Notes under the pieces: generated by a model
Seen by the model: only the letters and a program-made list of their open reading frames with translations
Told to the model about the DNA's origin: nothing
Database searches by the model: none
Program-made: the position numbers and the translations under genes
Shown here: positions 29,506 to 38,342 of the stretch, piece by piece
Layout: every line of letters begins with the position of its first letter
Position numbering within the stretch: the first letter of the stretch is position 1
From: Patescibacteria group bacterium
GTDB taxonomy: Bacteria > Patescibacteriota > Microgenomatia > Levybacterales > GWA1-39-11
Assembly (NCBI GenBank): GCA_035545675.1
Contig: DASZYA010000004.1
Coordinates: 6,519-70,518 of the forward strand
Direction of reading: 5' to 3'
Length of the DNA: 64,000 nucleotides

Positions 29506-30231
29506 TTATTGAAGTTTGGAAAACCAGTCTGTGTATTCTTTATCAACCATATCTCTAAACTTTTCTTCTTGAATACTGTGTGGGGCGCCTTTCAGAAGGT
29601 GGTAGGTTAATTTTGAACTGTCCTTTACCGCATTCTTATAGTTTTGAAGAGTTTGGCGTGGGACGGAATTGTCGAATTCTGATTCGAGAATTAAAATATT
29701 GCCATCAAAGTTATGTATGGCTTCAAGTGCCATCGTATCAGTGGGTTCTCTTTTTTCCGCTCGCCATTCTAAAACGCCTGGATTCTCAGAGCCAGCAAGT
29801 CTTGCAAGTCCTGTAAAGGTTTCTCTTGGATAGTTTGCAGGAACTCTTAAAACTAAATTTTTAACTTTCCTTTTTGATGTAAGAAGCGCAACTAAATATC
29901 CTCCAAGACTTGATCCCACAACACTTATGTTGTCCGGATCAACTCCATCTATTTTTGCAAGATGATCATAAGCCTTTAGGGCATCGCTTAGAAGCTCTTC
30001 ATGGGTTACTGTGTTGATATCGCCTTCGCTATCTCCATGCCCTCTTAGGTCAACCAAAAAACAAATATATCCAAGTTTAGTAAGTGACTCTGCATATTGG
30101 ATGTTTCTTATTCTTTTGCCTGTCCAGCCAGGAATAAAAAGAATTGCGGGGTTTTTGCTCGTTTTGTTTTTAGGAAGAAAGAGAGTTGTTGCTAATTTAA
30201 GACCATCATTTTCTATAAATGAGTTTTCCAT
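29506..30231 (-). CDS. Alpha/beta hydrolase
   Basis: DLRGHGDS, GSSLGG nucleophile elbow, C-terminal His. Confidence 0.88.
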   Translation of the reverse strand: MENSFIENDGLKLATTLFLPKNKTSKNPAILFIPGWTGKRIRNIQYAESLTKLGYICFLVDLRGHGDSEGDINTVTHEELLSDALKAYDHLAKIDGVDPDNISVVGSSLGGYLVALLTSKRKVKNLVLRVPANYPRETFTGLARLAGSENPGVLEWRAEKREPTDTMALEAIHNFDGNILILESEFDNSVPRQTLQNYKNAVKDSSKLTYHLLKGAPHSIQEEKFRDMVDKEYTDWFSKLQ

Positions 30232-30246
30232 GAAGCTATTATAGCA

Positions 30247-30717
30247 TTACTGTTCCATTGCTTTGAGGATGCGGTGGATAGTTTTCCAGGTTCTACTGGT
30301 TACCTCTTTTTTGTGATCTCTGTCCATTTTGGCCATAAAGTTGGTTGATTTATCTGTGTTCATGTTAAGAACCGTTGCTATTTCTTTCCTTCTGTCTTTA
30401 AAAAAAGTTACGAGTAAATAATTTGGCGCCTTATCTTCTACTCCTTTGAATGGGTCACTTTTTACAAGCTTTTTTAGATCTTCTTCTGATCTGACAATTG
30501 TCATTCGAGAGAAATCCAATTTTTTAGGAAGATTTTCTTCAATCTTATCTTCTAGTGCTTTTTCATCCGTTTCTTTTGATTCAAAAACTACATTTCCACT
30601 AGCAATAACTGGCTTTACCTTTGTAAATCCTAGGCCTTCAAAGAATTCTGTAAATTTGGGACCACTCATATTGGGGTTTCCTGGTCCAACTCCACGAATT
30701 AGCGCAACATACATCAT
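30247..30717 (-). CDS. DUF1697 family protein
   Basis: YVALIRGV, IASGNVVF, TSRTWKT. Confidence 0.8.
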   Translation of the reverse strand: MMYVALIRGVGPGNPNMSGPKFTEFFEGLGFTKVKPVIASGNVVFESKETDEKALEDKIEENLPKKLDFSRMTIVRSEEDLKKLVKSDPFKGVEDKAPNYLLVTFFKDRRKEIATVLNMNTDKSTNFMAKMDRDHKKEVTSRTWKTIHRILKAMEQ

Positions 30718-30721
30718 ACAT

Positions 30722-31024
30722 TTAGCCGAGTACGCGTGATAGAAGGAGTACAAGAAGGATGATTGTTAGGATTCCAAAAGTAGCAAGAGATTTAAAAGCA
30801 AGTTCAATTGCGGCTTTTTTCTTCCCGTTAAAATACATTTGGAAGGGATTAAAAAAGAAAATGTAAGCCATGATAGCTGCTGAGAAGGTGAATAAGGAAA
30901 GAACTATTATTGGCATAAATACAGAAGGTTTGTTGTCGATGTGGGGAGCATAAAACATTGTGGATGCAATGATTGATATATAGGCAAGCGCTGCTATTCC
31001 GTTAAGTATTGGGTTTTTGCTCAT
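30722..31024 (-). CDS. Small membrane protein
   Basis: 3 TM; LSLFTFSAAIM...P...GKKKAA. Confidence 0.65.
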   Translation of the reverse strand: MSKNPILNGIAALAYISIIASTMFYAPHIDNKPSVFMPIIVLSLFTFSAAIMAYIFFFNPFQMYFNGKKKAAIELAFKSLATFGILTIILLVLLLSRVLG

Positions 31025-31026
31025 AG

Positions 31027-31440
31027 CTATTTAAGATACGGTCTTGTTGGCTGCAGAACGCCTACCGCATTTCCTTCTGTATCAAGAATTGAAATGTATT
31101 TCCCAATTCCAGGGATGTCCATTACATCATTTTTTATAGTTCCACCAGCGGCTAATATATCTTTTTTAGCTTGCTCTATGTCATCAACGTTTATTACTAC
31201 ATGTACGGTTTTGTCTTCTGGTTTTGGTACGTGGGTTTCATCGTAAAACCCTCCGTTAATTGTTCCTGGGGTTTTTACCATTCCATTTTCATCAGTGTCA
31301 GAAGTTAGTGCGATTACATAATTACCCATTTCTTCATTTGTTGGTTCCATTCCCCAACCAAAAGCGCTTTTGTAGAATTCTGAAACGCGTTTTGCGTCTT
31401 TGTATGGCATTTCAAAGTGTACAACGGGGTTTTTACTCAT
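31027..31440 (-). CDS. VOC family protein
   Basis: PVVHFEMP, FYKSAFGW, INGG, DTEGN. Confidence 0.88.
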   Translation of the reverse strand: MSKNPVVHFEMPYKDAKRVSEFYKSAFGWGMEPTNEEMGNYVIALTSDTDENGMVKTPGTINGGFYDETHVPKPEDKTVHVVINVDDIEQAKKDILAAGGTIKNDVMDIPGIGKYISILDTEGNAVGVLQPTRPYLK

Positions 31441-31463
31441 AAATTTATTATAGCACAGGGTGT

Positions 31464-32258
31464 CTATCGTCCAAGAGCCGTATCCATTTCTCTCCAGCTA
31501 ATCTCTCTGTCTCGAGATGCTTCTAAAAGTAGCTTTACGCTCCTAGAGCTATTGGGGTTAACCTTATCTCTTTTATCTGTTGCGTCAACATTGTGAAGAA
31601 ATCCAAGCCCAAATCTAATGATTCGTCTTGCCTCTTCTTCATCTGGAACATATTCGCCCCAGGCTTCATTTTTTGGATCAATAGCCTCTTTAGGGGGATA
31701 AATCATTGCTTTTAAGACTTCTTCTACTAGAACTTGGGGTGCAGGACAGGAATTAGATTTGGGATTTTTGTTATCCGCAATAAAATGGTTCTTTTTTGCA
31801 GTGTTGTTACCATCAGCAAAATTGTAGGTTTGTCTTTGGGTTTTGGGCTTATCGCTTAACTTGGGATCTCTTACCATTTCGTATGCCACGGCTTTTATTC
31901 CATCTGCCGCCCTTGATGCATCAATAAAATAAGGGGGTAATATGTCAACCGGATTATTTGCTCGCATTCGAAGATACATGGGCATTGCATGGATTGCGTA
32001 GGCAAACTCTTCTAATTGTTTAGGTGTTAGGGGCGTTTCTGAGTAAGTCGATCTGATGTATTTTATTAAGCTTATTGCCTCGTCGTTGGACTGTTGAAAT
32101 TCTGAAAATGCTACTGTGTCTGTAGGGTGTCCTATTCTTCCTGGTAATCTGTTCGGGACAAAGCTTCGATTTTCCTGTAGTTTTGCAATAATATTTCTAC
32201 CGCTTGTATCAAAACCCTCTCTTATTGCATCGCCAATGTGCCTTTCTGTGTATGACAT
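31464..32258 (-). CDS. Hypothetical protein
   Basis: 264-aa ORF; TAGAAT upstream; CPAP motif. Confidence 0.55.
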   Translation of the reverse strand: MSYTERHIGDAIREGFDTSGRNIIAKLQENRSFVPNRLPGRIGHPTDTVAFSEFQQSNDEAISLIKYIRSTYSETPLTPKQLEEFAYAIHAMPMYLRMRANNPVDILPPYFIDASRAADGIKAVAYEMVRDPKLSDKPKTQRQTYNFADGNNTAKKNHFIADNKNPKSNSCPAPQVLVEEVLKAMIYPPKEAIDPKNEAWGEYVPDEEEARRIIRFGLGFLHNVDATDKRDKVNPNSSRSVKLLLEASRDREISWREMDTALGR

Positions 32259-32306
32259 AGGGGGATATTCTATAAGAAATCTAGGATTCTTTCAAACTTA
32301 AAGAGG

Positions 32307-32696
32307 TTATTTCTTCTCAGAAATTAACGAGAGTATGTTTCCGGCTGGATCTTTGAACCAGGCTATTGAGCCTCCATCTGGGTTCTTCATAATGCCTTTT
32401 TCATCTGTTTTCATTCCTTCTCCCATGTCATAGTGCTCGAAAGTTACACCTTTTGCTACTAGTTTATCTACTGCTTTTTCTACATCATCTACTAAAAAGT
32501 TAAGAACTGTAAAAGTTGCTGGTTTGTGGTCAGGCTTTGGATAAATCATTCCCATTGCGCCTTGTCCTAGGTGAAGCTCTAATACTCCCATTTCATTGTC
32601 TTTTGTTTCTATTCCAAGGGTTGTGCCATAAAATTCTTTTGCACGTTTTAAGTCATCTGTAGAAAAACTTGAAAAGGTTTTTGTATCTTTAAACAT
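32307..32696 (-). CDS. VOC/glyoxalase family protein
   Basis: AKEFYGTTLG, PATFTVLNF, AWFKDPAGN. Confidence 0.88.
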   Translation of the reverse strand: MFKDTKTFSSFSTDDLKRAKEFYGTTLGIETKDNEMGVLELHLGQGAMGMIYPKPDHKPATFTVLNFLVDDVEKAVDKLVAKGVTFEHYDMGEGMKTDEKGIMKNPDGGSIAWFKDPAGNILSLISEKK

Positions 32697-33106
32697 TATT
32701 CTTTTGCTGAAACATTTACCATCCAGTGGATTCCAAATTTATCTGTTAACATTCCAAAAGTATCTCCCCATGGAGCTTTTGCTAAGGGATAGTCTGCTTT
32801 TCCACCTTCTGCGAGTTTATTAAACCATTCGGTTAACTGTTCCAGGTCTGAGCCAATAAGACTCATGCTAATATTGTCCCCTACATGTACTGGGTGTTCT
32901 GAATTTCCGTCAGCAGCCATAAAAGTGAAGTTTTCTGTTTTTAGCTCTGAGTGCATTGTTAAGTCTTTATCCTCTGGTGCACAGTTTGGATTGCCTTCTG
33001 CGTAAGTTTGGGTTGTTAGTTCTCCACCAAAAATAGATTTGTAGAATTCCATAGCTTCGCGTGTCTTTCCGGTGAAATTTAGATAAGGAAGAAGAGTTGA
33101 TTTCAT
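32696..33106 (-). CDS. VOC family protein (PhnB-like)
   Basis: PYLNF, EAMEFYKSIFGG, WGDTFGMLTDKFGIHWMV. Confidence 0.88.
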   Translation of the reverse strand: MKSTLLPYLNFTGKTREAMEFYKSIFGGELTTQTYAEGNPNCAPEDKDLTMHSELKTENFTFMAADGNSEHPVHVGDNISMSLIGSDLEQLTEWFNKLAEGGKADYPLAKAPWGDTFGMLTDKFGIHWMVNVSAKE

Positions 33107-33160
33107 TAGGAAAATTAGTATAACAAGCAGTTCTTACAAAAACAAGCAAATTCTTCTCGC

Positions 33161-33198
33161 AGCAAAAATCAGACTCCTTACGACATCTGACTTTTGCT
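33161..33198 (-). terminator. Hairpin, probable terminator of the PepSY gene
   Basis: AGCAAAA-TCAGA ... TCTGA-TTTTGCT inverted repeat just after the stop. Confidence 0.5.
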
Positions 33199-33206
33199 AG
33201 AATGGT

Positions 33207-33602
33207 CTACTTTATGCCATTCTCAGTACTTGTAACATTAAAGTTACTATCAAGTTTAACCGTGACCTGTGAGCCGTCTGACTTTGTCATATGAGCTTCG
33301 TATTTTGCTCCTTCAGCGTCGGTCTCTACACGTTCTATAGTTGCGCCTGGTACTGCTTTTTGTGCTGCCTTTTTGACCTCATCTGCAGTGTCTCCTGTTA
33401 ATAATTCTTCTTTTGTCCCGTTGGCTCCTATGTGGCCGCCTTTACTAGGATCAAAAGTAGAATCTTGTGGAGGTTTTGTACTTTGGGTGGTTTGAGTTGT
33501 GCTATCTGCTGCATTTGCTGAGCCAATTATATTTGCACCAGCAAACATTCCGATAGTAAGCATTAATACACCCATCCCAATTGCCGCTACTTTATTCCTC
33601 AT
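33207..33602 (-). CDS. Exported PepSY-like protein
   Basis: Signal peptide; AVPGATIERVETD...YEAH...VKLD; strong SD AAAGGAGGTG. Confidence 0.7.
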   Translation of the reverse strand: MRNKVAAIGMGVLMLTIGMFAGANIIGSANAADSTTQTTQSTKPPQDSTFDPSKGGHIGANGTKEELLTGDTADEVKKAAQKAVPGATIERVETDAEGAKYEAHMTKSDGSQVTVKLDSNFNVTSTENGIK

Positions 33603-33665
33603 CCTATCACCTCCTTTCATTTTTTCAATTATTGCAGGTGGATCTTAAAAACGCCTTAAGAGGAG

Positions 33666-34517
33666 CTATTCGTTTTCATTAATGAATTCGCGAATGAAGT
33701 TTATGCACTCTTCTCTTTCTGTCCAGAAAGGAAAGTGGGCGCTGTTTTCAAATATTCTCATTCTTGAATCTGGAATAAGAGTTGTAAAGTATTCTGTTGC
33801 TTCTGGGGTTGTTTCGTCTATTCTTCCACAAAAAAGAAGCGTTGGAACATTAATATCTTTTAGTTTATTTGAGAGGCTGATATTTGCCGATGGACCATTT
33901 GGTTCAAAGAAGTTTGGGCCAAACATTATCTTTTCAACTTCTGGATTCATCTTGTGTTCTGATTTTAGAACCGCTGTGGGAAGATCCTTTACTCCATATA
34001 GATATTTTTCAAGGAATTCACCCATCGCATTTTTATATTCCTCTGATTCTTCTGGTTGCTTAAGTCCTTTTTGAACACTTTCCGGGAAAGTGTTAATGAT
34101 CTCCTTAATTTGTTTTGTCCAAAGAGGTATATCAAGGAATGGATTTGCCAAGATTAACAATTTAAGTCCCGGAGGGTTTTTAATAGCAAAGTTTGCTGCA
34201 ATTGTTGTTCCCCAGGATTGGCCAAGAATAATATATTCTTTGAACCCAAGGTGTTTTATGAGTGTTTCCAGCTCTCCTGTGTAGTAGTCAAGAGTAAACG
34301 CAGACTTATCAGTAGTCCATTCAGAGTTCCCACAGCCTAGTTGATCATAAAAAACAACCTGACGATCGTTTGCTAAATCTCTAAATGGCTCAAGATAATC
34401 ATGAGGATAAGCTGGCCCGCCGTGAATCACAATAATTGGAGTTTTGTTGCCTTCTCCAACTATTTCATACCAGACTTTTCCCTTGCCTGCATCAATAAAT
34501 CCTTCTGTTGTTGTCAT
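33666..34517 (-). CDS. Proline iminopeptidase-family alpha/beta hydrolase
   Basis: HGGP, YDQLGCG, GQSWG, FENSAH. Confidence 0.87.
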   Translation of the reverse strand: MTTTEGFIDAGKGKVWYEIVGEGNKTPIIVIHGGPAYPHDYLEPFRDLANDRQVVFYDQLGCGNSEWTTDKSAFTLDYYTGELETLIKHLGFKEYIILGQSWGTTIAANFAIKNPPGLKLLILANPFLDIPLWTKQIKEIINTFPESVQKGLKQPEESEEYKNAMGEFLEKYLYGVKDLPTAVLKSEHKMNPEVEKIMFGPNFFEPNGPSANISLSNKLKDINVPTLLFCGRIDETTPEATEYFTTLIPDSRMRIFENSAHFPFWTEREECINFIREFINENE

Positions 34518-34540
34518 AAAGCGATTATATCAATTTATCT

Positions 34541-34900
34541 CTATCTTTTATTTTCTTCATTCCATTTTGCCTGAGCTTTTATTAGCCTTTGGATTAAATC
34601 AAAAGGAATAGGCTTATTGAGTGGAAAGCGAATTGTTCCTTTGCTCATTTCATAATCTTTTAACTCATCTTTGAATTGTTTTCTAACGGGTTCAAAAATT
34701 GCATAGATTCCAATGTGTGTTTTTGTTTGGGCAAAATAAACTAGTCTACCGTGGTATGAATAAAAAGGCATGCTGTAGCTAATTCTCTCCTCGGCTTCAG
34801 GAACTGTGGTTTTTATAATCTCACGGATTTTAGTAAGACTTTCTTGAACGTTTTTTGGAGAAGCGGCAATATACTCGTCTACTGTTTTATAAGATTGCAT
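34541..34900 (-). CDS. DUF1801 (YdhG-like) protein
   Basis: TVDEYI, ERISYSMP, SKGTIRFP. Confidence 0.85.
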   Translation of the reverse strand: MQSYKTVDEYIAASPKNVQESLTKIREIIKTTVPEAEERISYSMPFYSYHGRLVYFAQTKTHIGIYAIFEPVRKQFKDELKDYEMSKGTIRFPLNKPIPFDLIQRLIKAQAKWNEENKR

Positions 34901-34903
34901 ATA

Positions 34904-35302
34904 TTATTCAAACCACATCGGCGTTTTATCATATGGATTTGCATGATTATAATTAACAGTTATCTCCTCGTCTTTTTTAATATTTTCTATGGCAGTAAAT
35001 TCAATTACGCCTTCTTTCTCTTTTATTTCATATGTGGCGTTTGGTTTTCTGGTGTGGTTGTATATTGATCCAAAACCTAAAGCAACAGCGGCTTGTTCTT
35101 TTTTCTTGCCAAAGTAGTAAAGATAGGTAATGAGAATGTTGTCATTTATTTCACTTGTGTCGTGCTCAGAAAGCTCAATTATTGGACATATCTCAATTAA
35201 TTCGCCTTTCTTAATATCATCTCTTGCAAATACTCCTCTTTCTGATTTTGCTATATCAGATGGGGCCACATATATTTTATTTGGAGACAAGATCTTATTC
35301 AT
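34904..35302 (-). CDS. SET-domain methyltransferase-like protein
   Basis: RGVFA, IYNHTRKPNA, EEITVNY. Confidence 0.85.
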   Translation of the reverse strand: MNKILSPNKIYVAPSDIAKSERGVFARDDIKKGELIEICPIIELSEHDTSEINDNILITYLYYFGKKKEQAAVALGFGSIYNHTRKPNATYEIKEKEGVIEFTAIENIKKDEEITVNYNHANPYDKTPMWFE

Positions 35303-35332
35303 GAAGTGATTATAGTAGTTGGAGATTTGACA

Positions 35333-36031
35333 TTACTCTGCCGGATATCCCGGGAACCAATCACCCTTGATGTGTTCTTTTGGAATTCCCATCTTCTCAA
35401 GCATTTCATTTAGTGAATCTACCATTGGTTCGGGACCTGAAACATAGAAAATTGGTCCGCCAGCTGGCGGATTGAAGTCAGGAACTAATTCTTTTACCTT
35501 ATTCTCATCAATATGTTCTGGAGAAAATACATAATTAATTTTTAGATTCGGATTTCTTGTGGATAGCTCCTCTAGTTCATCTCTGAAAACTACATTTTGA
35601 TCGCGATTTGCATATATTAAATTTACATTAATTGGTTTTTTGTCATGATCAAGCTGTCTTAATATTGATCTGAATGGCGTTATTCCAATTCCTCCTGCAA
35701 TGAATACATATTCTAAGTCTGGATTATCCAGGGTAAAGTCGCCTTCCACGTAAGAAATTTCAATCTCATCTCCCTCTTTTAGACTTGCAAGCTTTTTCTT
35801 AAATGAACTTCCTTTGTCTTGTGTAATTCTTGTTGTAATCTGTACGTGGTTTTCATATGGAGCAGCTGCATTTGTAAACCAACGATCAGATCCTCTATTA
35901 TCTGTTGGTTCGTGATGTAATACGTAGTGAAGATATTGTCCTGGAACCCATTCAAGTTTTTCTTGTGGCTCAAAAATAAAAGTGAGGACTCCAGCGGTAG
36001 CTTCTTTTTTCTCTTTGAGCTTGAGGATCAT
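35333..36031 (-). CDS. Ferredoxin-NADP reductase-like FAD oxidoreductase
   Basis: PGQY, SSFK, IAGGIGITPFRS, YVSGPEPM. Confidence 0.87.
   Translation of the reverse strand: MILKLKEKKEATAGVLTFIFEPQEKLEWVPGQYLHYVLHHEPTDNRGSDRWFTNAAAPYENHVQITTRITQDKGSSFKKKLASLKEGDEIEISYVEGDFTLDNPDLEYVFIAGGIGITPFRSILRQLDHDKKPINVNLIYANRDQNVVFRDELEELSTRNPNLKINYVFSPEHIDENKVKELVPDFNPPAGGPIFYVSGPEPMVDSLNEMLEKMGIPKEHIKGDWFPGYPAE
35456..35471. repeat. Perfect 16-bp GC-rich palindrome within a CDS (encodes PPAGG)
   Basis: TCCGCCAGCTGGCGGA is its own reverse complement. Confidence 0.75.
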
Positions 36032-36080
36032 GATTTATTATAGCACCATAGATCAATCCCTTTGGTATACTCTGCTTATT

Positions 36081-36290
36081 ATGAATCTTAAAAACGATAG
36101 TTATGTGATTCACATGGGGACAAAGAATTTCACAGAGAAGTATTATAAAGATGAAAAGGGTTGGTTGAAGATTTCTGCAAAGGGAAAAGAGTTCAGAATG
36201 ACAGCAGAACAGGTGCTTAATCATTTATTGCCTGCTGTTGCCGGGGTAAAGCCAGGATTAATACTCAAAGTAGAACACAAAGAAGAATAG
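36081..36290 (+). CDS. Small hypothetical protein
   Basis: TGGTATACT upstream; MTAEQVLNHLLP motif. Confidence 0.55.
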   Translation: MNLKNDSYVIHMGTKNFTEKYYKDEKGWLKISAKGKEFRMTAEQVLNHLLPAVAGVKPGLILKVEHKEE

Positions 36291-36292
36291 AA

Positions 36293-36631
36293 TTACTTAG
36301 TTTTCTTTCTTGACCTGGAGGGGATTAAATTACCAATAATGCTTAAGACTGCTCCGAAAACTGCACTTACAACTCCCATCAAAACAAAAAATGGAATTTT
36401 GGTTGCTACAGGATCAGCGCCGTTATAGTTTGCTACCATAAAAACAAAACCCAAGAAAAATCCATATGCCAACCCATTTTTAATTGACTCTTTTCTGTTG
36501 TTGCTAAGATATCCAATTATTAAAGCAGCCAATCCCCAGGGAATTACGGTTAAAACTTGCAGTGTAAGTACTTTTGTCGCCAAGAAGCCTAAGATTATTC
36601 CTAGGATTCCCGTGATAAGTATTCTCTTCAT
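36293..36631 (-). CDS. Small 4-TM membrane protein
   Basis: Gly-rich hydrophobic helices. Confidence 0.65.
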   Translation of the reverse strand: MKRILITGILGIILGFLATKVLTLQVLTVIPWGLAALIIGYLSNNRKESIKNGLAYGFFLGFVFMVANYNGADPVATKIPFFVLMGVVSAVFGAVLSIIGNLIPSRSRKKTK

Positions 36632-36996
36632 TACTCTATTGTACGACTTTTTCTAAAGCCAACCAATATTGGTAAAAGAAAAGTTAGGGCGTAATAAAGG
36701 TAAACATCTGGCTTGTAATAAACGCTAGTTGTTGTGAATGCTCTAACAAGGAAGAAATAGTCACAAATAACTGCAATCAAGGTCCATACGATTGCTATTC
36801 CTAGATAATGTTTTATATCTCTGCTCTTTATTTGTTTTATTAGTACCCACAAAGAAACAATAATTCCAATTGGCATTACGAACCAGCCAATAAGATCATG
36901 TGGCACTATGGTAAAGAAAACTATTCCAAGTCCATATCCAATTAGCCATACCATAAACCCCCAAAAAAATGCATCTTTTAAAAATTGTTTGTTCAT
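36631..36996 (-). CDS. 4-TM membrane protein
   Basis: WLIGY, DYFFLV, YYKPDVYLYY. Confidence 0.65.
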   Translation of the reverse strand: MNKQFLKDAFFWGFMVWLIGYGLGIVFFTIVPHDLIGWFVMPIGIIVSLWVLIKQIKSRDIKHYLGIAIVWTLIAVICDYFFLVRAFTTTSVYYKPDVYLYYALTFLLPILVGFRKSRTIE

Positions 36997-37151
36997 AGTA
37001 AATTCCTCTTTTTAATTTCTTCTAAGATTTTCCCGCCAAGAGGACGGCAGCTACAGTTTTTTGCATGTGCCAGATGCCACTCTATTCTTTGGTCAAGCGT
37101 TGGATTTTTTGGCATTTTGTTTTTTGTGTGCCACTCAGCATTTATTTTCAT
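36993..37151 (-). CDS. 52-aa His/Cys/Trp-rich small protein (absent from ORF track)
   Basis: MKINAEWHTKNKMPKNPTLDQRIEWHLAHAKNCSCRPLGGKILEEIKKRNLL; ATGA overlap with next gene; -10 TAAACT 6 nt upstream. Confidence 0.7.
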   Translation of the reverse strand: MKINAEWHTKNKMPKNPTLDQRIEWHLAHAKNCSCRPLGGKILEEIKKRNLL

Positions 37152-37184
37152 ACCAAGAGTTTATCCTACAAGAAAGCAAAATGA

Positions 37185-37200
37185 TGTGATCTTAATCACT
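37185..37200. promoter_or_regulatory. Putative Crp/Fnr-family site
   Basis: TGTGA-TCTTAA-TCACT, centred 41.5 bp upstream of ATG 37151. Confidence 0.65.
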
Positions 37201-37630
37201 CAAAGGGGTTGTTGTTTTTCATGAATTGATAGGATTTCTCTACTAACTTGGTAAGTGTATCTAGGTCTACATCTGATAGCTTATTTATATAAAGGCAGCC
37301 TCCCATTCCGCCACTGGTTTTGTGCTTGCCCAGTTTTTTCAATAGTGCCTCGCTCTCATTGTTGCCGTGCATAATATATAGAGTTAAATTGGCTTTTCTT
37401 GGGGAGAATCCAACGAGCATCCAGTCTCCTTCTTGGGAACTTTTTTTGGATTTGTAATGATATTTACCAAAACCAACAATACTTCCACCCCACATCACTG
37501 CTTTTTCGCCAGTAATGTTTTCAAACATTTCTAGCAATTTAAGGGCGTCTTTTCTTTTTTCTTCAGGTTCAATAGTATTTAAAAAATCTTTGGGGTCTTG
37601 GGTTGTGACTTTTGTTTTTAACTCTGCCAT
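37196..37630 (-). CDS. DUF1801 family protein
   Basis: MWGGSIVGFGKYHY, GFSPRK, LGKHK, CLYINKL. Confidence 0.85.
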   Translation of the reverse strand: MAELKTKVTTQDPKDFLNTIEPEEKRKDALKLLEMFENITGEKAVMWGGSIVGFGKYHYKSKKSSQEGDWMLVGFSPRKANLTLYIMHGNNESEALLKKLGKHKTSGGMGGCLYINKLSDVDLDTLTKLVEKSYQFMKNNNPFE

Positions 37631-37695
37631 ACGGGAATTATATCAGATATTCTGCTCAAGCTATTTAGCTTTGATTAAGGTATAATAAACACACA

Positions 37696-38169
37696 ATGGC
37701 ATTTAATAGAGATAGAAATCGTGGCGGTGGACATTTTTCCGGCGGAGGAAGAAGAGATGATAGACGAGAACGTCCACAAATGTTTCCAGCAACCTGCAGT
37801 AACTGTGGGAAAGCATGTGAAGTCCCCTTTAGACCAACTGGAGATAAGCCGGTTTTGTGTAGAGATTGTTTTAGACAAAATGGAGGACCAAGAGAAAGAA
37901 GAGATGATAGGCCTCGTTTTGAGCCAAGACATGATGGTCCACCTCCTCCACCACCATTCCCACCACATATTAAAGAAGAGCTTGATTCTATAAATCAAAA
38001 GGTGGATAAGATCTTGGATATTTTACTTGCTGCAACAGAAATGCCAGAGGAAATAAAAGATGAGGCAATTGATGCTGTTAATGAAGTATTTGAAGACGCT
38101 CCGGTAGAAGTAAAAGCAAAAACCCCCAGAAAAAAGACTTCAAAAGCTACTCCTTCAGAAGAAGTATAA
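37696..38169 (+). CDS. CxxC-x17-CxxC zinc-ribbon protein
   Basis: CSNCGKACEVPFRPTGDKPVLCRDCF with Arg/Gly-rich N-terminus. Confidence 0.85.
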   Translation: MAFNRDRNRGGGHFSGGGRRDDRRERPQMFPATCSNCGKACEVPFRPTGDKPVLCRDCFRQNGGPRERRDDRPRFEPRHDGPPPPPPFPPHIKEELDSINQKVDKILDILLAATEMPEEIKDEAIDAVNEVFEDAPVEVKAKTPRKKTSKATPSEEV

Positions 38170-38178
38170 GATACCTTG

Positions 38179-38250
38179 CTCCCCCGCGTGGACTCGGACC
38201 ACGAACCTTATTCTTAACAGGAATCTGCTCTACCATTGAGCTACAGGGGA
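38179..38250 (-). tRNA. tRNA-Asn (GTT), CCA not encoded
   Basis: TCCCCTG/CGGGGGA acceptor stem, AGCTCAATGGTAGAGC D arm, CTGTTAA anticodon loop, CGTGG-TCCGAGT-CCACG T arm. Confidence 0.93.
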
Positions 38251-38255
38251 ATGTC

Positions 38256-38288
38256 CTGACAATTGACAACTAACAATTGACAATTGAC
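38256..38288. repeat. TGACAAT-type heptamer tract in the tRNA leader
   Basis: ctgacaa ttgacaa ctaacaa ttgacaa ttgac between minus-strand TATAAT (~38304) and the tRNA. Confidence 0.75.
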
Positions 38289-38342
38289 GCTCGTAACATT
38301 GAATTATATAAAACCTGAAGCTGATTGTAAATTACTAAGCGG

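Noticed and set aside
38161-38340. tRNA-Asn as integration site of an island
   Set aside because: No duplicated tRNA 3' end or integrase found in the window
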